Positions 59,676 to 64,000 of a stretch of DNA of 64,000 nucleotides are shown here, piece after piece. The notes under the pieces are model-generated. The model did not search any database, was not told where the DNA came from, and saw nothing but the letters and a program-made list of their open reading frames with translations. The translations under genes and the position numbers were made by a program. The DNA is from a plasmid, in the NCBI RefSeq assembly GCF_054482525.1, contig NZ_JBTHVG010000003.1, one strand, 5' to 3'. Position 1 is the first letter of the stretch; each line of letters opens with the position of its first letter.

Positions 59676-60860
59676 CTATTCATCAAAGGCATTTCGCATA
59701 AGCTTGATCATTGCTTTTTTACCAGCTTCAATATTACGAATGTAGCGCATAACCATTTCTTCATTCGACCAGTTCCCCATTTCCATAATCTGTGGTAGCG
59801 AGTAACCTTCAATATTTAGCTGTATCGCTCCGCCTACACGAACGCTGTGCCCTGTCCAGTAACGAGTTTTAGTCTCATTTGGATAAAGCTCATTCCACAT
59901 CTCTTTAAATGCTCGTAAAAGGGAATTTTTGCTGAGCATACCGGCATCGTCCACAGTGTCTTCTTCATCTTCATCGTTCAGAAGACTTTGCTTAGCACGA
60001 TAGGGTAGGTTATGCCTTTTAAGAAGTTCAGATAGCTCATTCCCCTTACTCCGAAGCTTCCAGCCGGGTGGCATATAGCCTGTATCATGGAAATTTACGG
60101 CCTGGAAAAGGAATTCATCCGGATGACTGTGCTGATCCATTTTCACGAGGTTCATCAATCTCAAGAGGCAGTTAGTTAACTGACGTGTCAGCCGGTAGGT
60201 AAGAAGTGTACTAATGTTCGTTTTTGTACGGTATACCGTCAGGTTAAATTCACCGGTCATACTATCCAGAGACAGATCTTTCAGACGTATACGTCGAATT
60301 TCGGATGAACGGAGCAGTGTTTCAAAGCCTGTCCAGATCAGGCACAGGTCACGAAGTTTACGAACTGAGTTTGTAGTACTGCGTAACTTTATCAGAGCCT
60401 TGAGATCGCCAATAAGAAAGGGAGTTGCCTGTTTAGTCGTCTTTCGCTTCCGGGCTTCCGATTGTTTTAAGGCTTCCAGCATGTACCATGCTTCAGACGT
60501 AATAATCCCGGGCAGGTTAAGCCCTTTTTTATGGATACTATTTAAGGCCTGAAGACAGCTGTTTATGCTGCTTCGTGACAATTTGCCTTCAAGATGCCCC
60601 ATAAACGCAAGCAGAGCGTCCTCAGACACGGGGAGCGAACTTACTGGCCAGTCTGTATGCAACCGGGCATTCGCCAGATACCATTCGTTCCATACTCGTA
60701 GCCAGTGCAGATAGGTTTTAGCAGTGTTGTATCTCAGATGGGAAAAGTAACGGATCAAGCGTGAAAGCTGTTTATCATGGTTGCCGAACGTTTCCAGCTG
60801 CTGATGCAATTCGCTTTCCGAAAACTGTCTGATCACTGATTGATTCTTCATCCTGCTCAC
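59676..60860 (-). CDS. Tyrosine site-specific recombinase (phage-integrase / XerC-D-like family)
   Basis: 394 aa. C-terminal catalytic region with a conserved His-x-x-Arg (HSVRVGGA) and a terminal Tyr (MRYIRN). N-terminal SAM-like core-binding region. Confidence 0.75.
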   Translation of the reverse strand: MSRMKNQSVIRQFSESELHQQLETFGNHDKQLSRLIRYFSHLRYNTAKTYLHWLRVWNEWYLANARLHTDWPVSSLPVSEDALLAFMGHLEGKLSRSSINSCLQALNSIHKKGLNLPGIITSEAWYMLEALKQSEARKRKTTKQATPFLIGDLKALIKLRSTTNSVRKLRDLCLIWTGFETLLRSSEIRRIRLKDLSLDSMTGEFNLTVYRTKTNISTLLTYRLTRQLTNCLLRLMNLVKMDQHSHPDEFLFQAVNFHDTGYMPPGWKLRSKGNELSELLKRHNLPYRAKQSLLNDEDEEDTVDDAGMLSKNSLLRAFKEMWNELYPNETKTRYWTGHSVRVGGAIQLNIEGYSLPQIMEMGNWSNEEMVMRYIRNIEAGKKAMIKLMRNAFDE

Positions 60861-61021
60861 CGGGATACACTGGTTTTAATTACAGGTCATTTTAGCACTC
60901 ATGTACCTGGTTATGAACAGGGTGGAAACAACGAAAAAGGTTGTGAAATCGTTAGGCTTAAGTGAAAAATGATATTAAGATTATCCTTGGCCAGTTGAGG
61001 CCTGTCTAAAGAAGGTTGATT

Positions 61022-61234
61022 ATGTCTGACACAAAGCAGTCTTATTTAATGAAATTCCGTAAGTGTAGTTCGTTCGAAACGCTCGAAAAAGTATTTGAAA
61101 GGTTATGTGAAAAAAACTCGGGTGTCGCCTCTCTTGAAATTTCTGGTGCTTATGATCATCGTAAAGCCGAACTGACAATGAAAAAGTTATATGACAAAGT
61201 TCCTGCGAGTGTGTGGACCTTTGTTCGCGAGTAA
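61022..61234 (+). CDS. hha: Hha/YmoA-family nucleoid-associated modulator
   Basis: By-eye match to E. coli Hha ([22 protein letters not shown] versus [44 protein letters not shown] versus [21 protein letters not shown]). Confidence 0.8.
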   Translation: [70 protein letters not shown]

Positions 61235-61594
61235 TTATTAATATTGGCACAACAAAAAGACTGTGCCTAGATTTGAAAATAGTTTATGCCCCTTTCGGGG
61301 CTAAAGGCATTGTAATAGCCTGTCTTTTAAAGTTGTTTATTAAGTTCGGAGAAAAACTTTAATCATAAGCCAAGCCCACTGCTAAATACATCCGATATTC
61401 TCCTTCATTTTATTAGAAGTGATAAAAGTTACTTTACCTAAACTTCTCTCTCAATATTTGTAAGGCTCTCATTTGATTTTTGTCAAACATTAATCTGGAA
61501 GACGGAAAAATCATTTCTTTTAATACGTTTTACAGAAATCCTCCTCCGTTATTTCGGATATAGTTTGAATCATTATCAAAAACGGGGTGCAGCC

Positions 61595-62677
61595 ATGCGT
61601 AAGAGTTATACATTTGGTATTCCATTTGGACTCCAGCGAGAATCAGGACTCTTTTTAGATATTACAGAGGTCAGCCGGGGTATTGACTGTAACTGCATCT
61701 GCCCCGCTTGCAAAACTGATCTGTTAGCAAAGCAGGGGGAGGTCAAGCTTTGGCATTTCTCACACAGTACAGCTGTAGCCGGTGACTGTGATGGTCTGAT
61801 GGAAGCCATCCGGGGAAAGATTATTGAAGTCATCAACGAGCACCAGGTTCTTGGTTTCCCAAATCTTCTCGCTGGCGACGATGGTGGGCCGGTTTCACTG
61901 AATGAGGTTAGTGGAAGCGGCAGTATGTTCGGAGGCACAGCTGATCTGTTCGTAAAGGTTAATGATTTATGTGTGGCCGTCTTTCTGGACAGGGATCGCA
62001 GCATTTCAGAGAAGTTAACCTTTGACCATCTTCATCCTTCCGAAAGAGTTGCCGCATTGCGTATCGATCTTCCTGATATTGAATATGAAATCAGTCAGGT
62101 GCAGCTCGGGCGACGTAAAACAACATACAGTGAGTGCATTGAAAGCCTGATCATTGATGAGACCAGTTCCCGGGAATGGCTATATCATCCATTAATGCAT
62201 GAACTTGAATCTGAACCTCTTCAGGAGTATCGGGGACGGGAGCCTTCAGAGGAAGGGCCTCTTCTTCAGCGCCTTGCTGACTGTAAGATGAAATTGCCTG
62301 ATATCCTTCCGGGCAGTCATAACGCGCTAGTCAGGTTACAGCAGGATACGATTGTATGTCTGTGTCGGTTAACGGTTCGGGCTTATGACATCGCTCAGAC
62401 CGATGAATTTCCTTTGTTCCTTCGCTATTTCAGGTTGCACTGCCTGGAAAACAGCGAACATGTCAGTTACGAAAGACTGATCTGCTGGCAGGAAATGATT
62501 TCAAAAACCCAGGAAGGCCAGTCCTTGACACAAAACGAACTTGAATATCTTCATGAGATTGTCCGCATCGCCTTTTACAATCACCGGCTTAACAATGTCA
62601 GTATTTCAGATGTTAAAAACCATGACACTGGAAAGAAGAGCGGCAGGGTAGAGTCACAAAATTATTCACTTTTATAA
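61595..62677 (+). CDS. CoiA-like protein (competence protein CoiA family, putative nuclease)
   Basis: N-terminal CxxC...G...HFSH motif (CICPACKTDLLAKQGEVKLWHFSHS), characteristic of the CoiA family. About 360 aa from the ATG at 61595. Confidence 0.45.
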   Translation: MRKSYTFGIPFGLQRESGLFLDITEVSRGIDCNCICPACKTDLLAKQGEVKLWHFSHSTAVAGDCDGLMEAIRGKIIEVINEHQVLGFPNLLAGDDGGPVSLNEVSGSGSMFGGTADLFVKVNDLCVAVFLDRDRSISEKLTFDHLHPSERVAALRIDLPDIEYEISQVQLGRRKTTYSECIESLIIDETSSREWLYHPLMHELESEPLQEYRGREPSEEGPLLQRLADCKMKLPDILPGSHNALVRLQQDTIVCLCRLTVRAYDIAQTDEFPLFLRYFRLHCLENSEHVSYERLICWQEMISKTQEGQSLTQNELEYLHEIVRIAFYNHRLNNVSISDVKNHDTGKKSGRVESQNYSLL

Positions 62678-62843
62678 ATAACTTGGGCTTTGCGCATTAA
62701 ACCCTTGCCGCAGGCGGTGTACCGCATATCCGGCACAGACAGTCAGTTTTTTCTGGCAGCTTAAATTTGACACTGCTTAATATAGTGATTCATTAAACAG
62801 GTTCAGTATGCTGCCAGAACGTTTTAGTCGTAATGGGCGTCCG

Positions 62844-64000
62844 TTAGTTTTCAACTAACTGAACGACGACCAGCCTGCCGCCTTCCTCCTTTGACAGAAC
62901 AAACTGAGCGTTATTCGTCAGTTCAATTTTTTCCCCAATGGCAATCTGTCGTTTATCCGGTAATGACATAAGCCCATTTATGCCTTCATTTACTAACCAC
63001 CACTGATCGTTATGGAAAACAAAATACCCAACTCGTTTCCTTTGTGCATCGGTTGTGCGCTCATTTGGCGCAATGAGGCGATTCACATGCCACGCATAGA
63101 TTGACTGCCCGCTCCACACCATCAACCGGTGGTCGTCAGGACGATAACTGCCTTCCTTTCGGGATGAATATAAATTTAGAACCGGTAATTTACCCTTGTA
63201 TGGCGTACCGCAGTAGGGACAAACCGGCTTTGTCTTACCTGAGAAAACGTACCATTTCTGTTCACACGCCTTGTTCTGGCAGGGCTGTATCAGATCGACT
63301 GTTTTAACCAGGGCACTTTCCCACTCATCGGCGGTCGGGCGTTTATTGGCATCGTGTAAGCCATCAATAAAGGCGCGTTCAAACAAAGGCGTCAAATAAG
63401 GGCCCATGATGGTGTAAGGAATTTTCTCCGGGTCAGCCCAGGGCAGTGAAAAGGAGGATAGCTGACTGACTTTGACTGCATTGCTTTTGTCTGTCGGATG
63501 TTCAATGAAGAGTGCCTTCTCACCCATAGATAAGGTCTCATCACGTACTTCATCCGACATGTCATGTATTTTTCCGCCACGTAGCGGATGACGGAAGAAC
63601 AGATACATGTAGATAAGCACCGACAGCGCATGACGGTCAGTAGAAATGCTTGGCAATACGCGGTTCGGATCCTCTTTGGAAAGATGGCTGGTTTTCACCA
63701 CTTCCGGAGCGATAAAATCCGGGGTGCCCACGACGTCGGGAGGATACTTTCCAGGGACAACCAGGCCGTCTACGTCAATGATGCAGGCATGTCCCATTTC
63801 TGGATCGATAAGCACGTTTTTATAGCTTAGATCGCTGTGACAGAGACCTGCCGCATGCATCCTTCTGACGGCTCTTGTTAGCAGCAGACAGACCTTGAGA
63901 TAGGTAAGCGTATTGCCTCGTTCACGTAGGTCGAGAAATTTATTCTGGTTGCTGGCGCTGGCAAACCATTTGCCTTCCTTTTCACGGCCTTTTATGCCAA
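62844..64000 (-). CDS. Eukaryotic-like Ser/Thr protein kinase with C-terminal zinc-ribbon and FHA-like region; N-terminus lies beyond the window end
   Basis: Catalytic loop HSDLSYKNVL (HRDLKxxN-like), DVDG (DFG-like), FIAPEVV (APE). The reading frame stays open upstream of the first Met to position 64000. C-terminal CQNKAC...CPYCG zinc ribbon. Confidence 0.7.
   Translation of the reverse strand, partial: GIKGREKEGKWFASASNQNKFLDLRERGNTLTYLKVCLLLTRAVRRMHAAGLCHSDLSYKNVLIDPEMGHACIIDVDGLVVPGKYPPDVVGTPDFIAPEVVKTSHLSKEDPNRVLPSISTDRHALSVLIYMYLFFRHPLRGGKIHDMSDEVRDETLSMGEKALFIEHPTDKSNAVKVSQLSSFSLPWADPEKIPYTIMGPYLTPLFERAFIDGLHDANKRPTADEWESALVKTVDLIQPCQNKACEQKWYVFSGKTKPVCPYCGTPYKGKLPVLNLYSSRKEGSYRPDDHRLMVWSGQSIYAWHVNRLIAPNERTTDAQRKRVGYFVFHNDQWWLVNEGINGLMSLPDKRQIAIGEKIELTNNAQFVLSKEEGGRLVVVQLVEN

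Noticed and set aside
1-64000. tRNA, rRNA or other structured RNA genes
   Set aside because: No cloverleaf-compatible segments or rRNA-like conserved blocks were recognised by eye. Absence is not proven without a covariance-model scan.

Overview
This window reads as part of a large conjugative plasmid of Enterobacteriaceae. It opens with a RepFIB-like Rep_3 replication initiator (repA, 1-876) and an iteron cluster. An F/H-type mating-pair-formation (T4SS) cluster follows: pilin, traL, traE, traK, traB, a DsbC-like protein, traV and traC, then later a signal-peptidase-like gene, traW, traU and traN. An IS186 copy with a 12-bp target duplication sits exactly between the pilin gene and traL. Inside the transfer region are a type Ia ParA/ParB module and an actin-like ParM/ParR module, plus a 4.3-kb gene for a large secreted protein. 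This architecture matches what I recall for IncHI-type plasmids such as R27, but that is inference from memory, not a database result. Between traC and parA lies a roughly 3.3-kb non-coding array of about 14 tandem repeats of about 245-249 bp, with a higher-order periodicity of about 1.7 kb. The second half of the window (about 38-64 kb) is an accessory region of mostly uncharacterised genes. It includes a stand-alone UvrD-like helicase, an OB-fold protein, a MoxR-type AAA+ ATPase paired with a vWA/MIDAS protein, a primase-like protein, five tandem paralogous genes of about 300 aa, a Tus-like protein, a tyrosine recombinase, an Hha homologue, a CoiA-like protein, and a eukaryotic-like Ser/Thr kinase that runs off the window end. 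Most genes in this region are separated by one family of conserved GC-rich palindromic elements. All calls rest on reading the ORF translations and sequence by eye; no searches were run.
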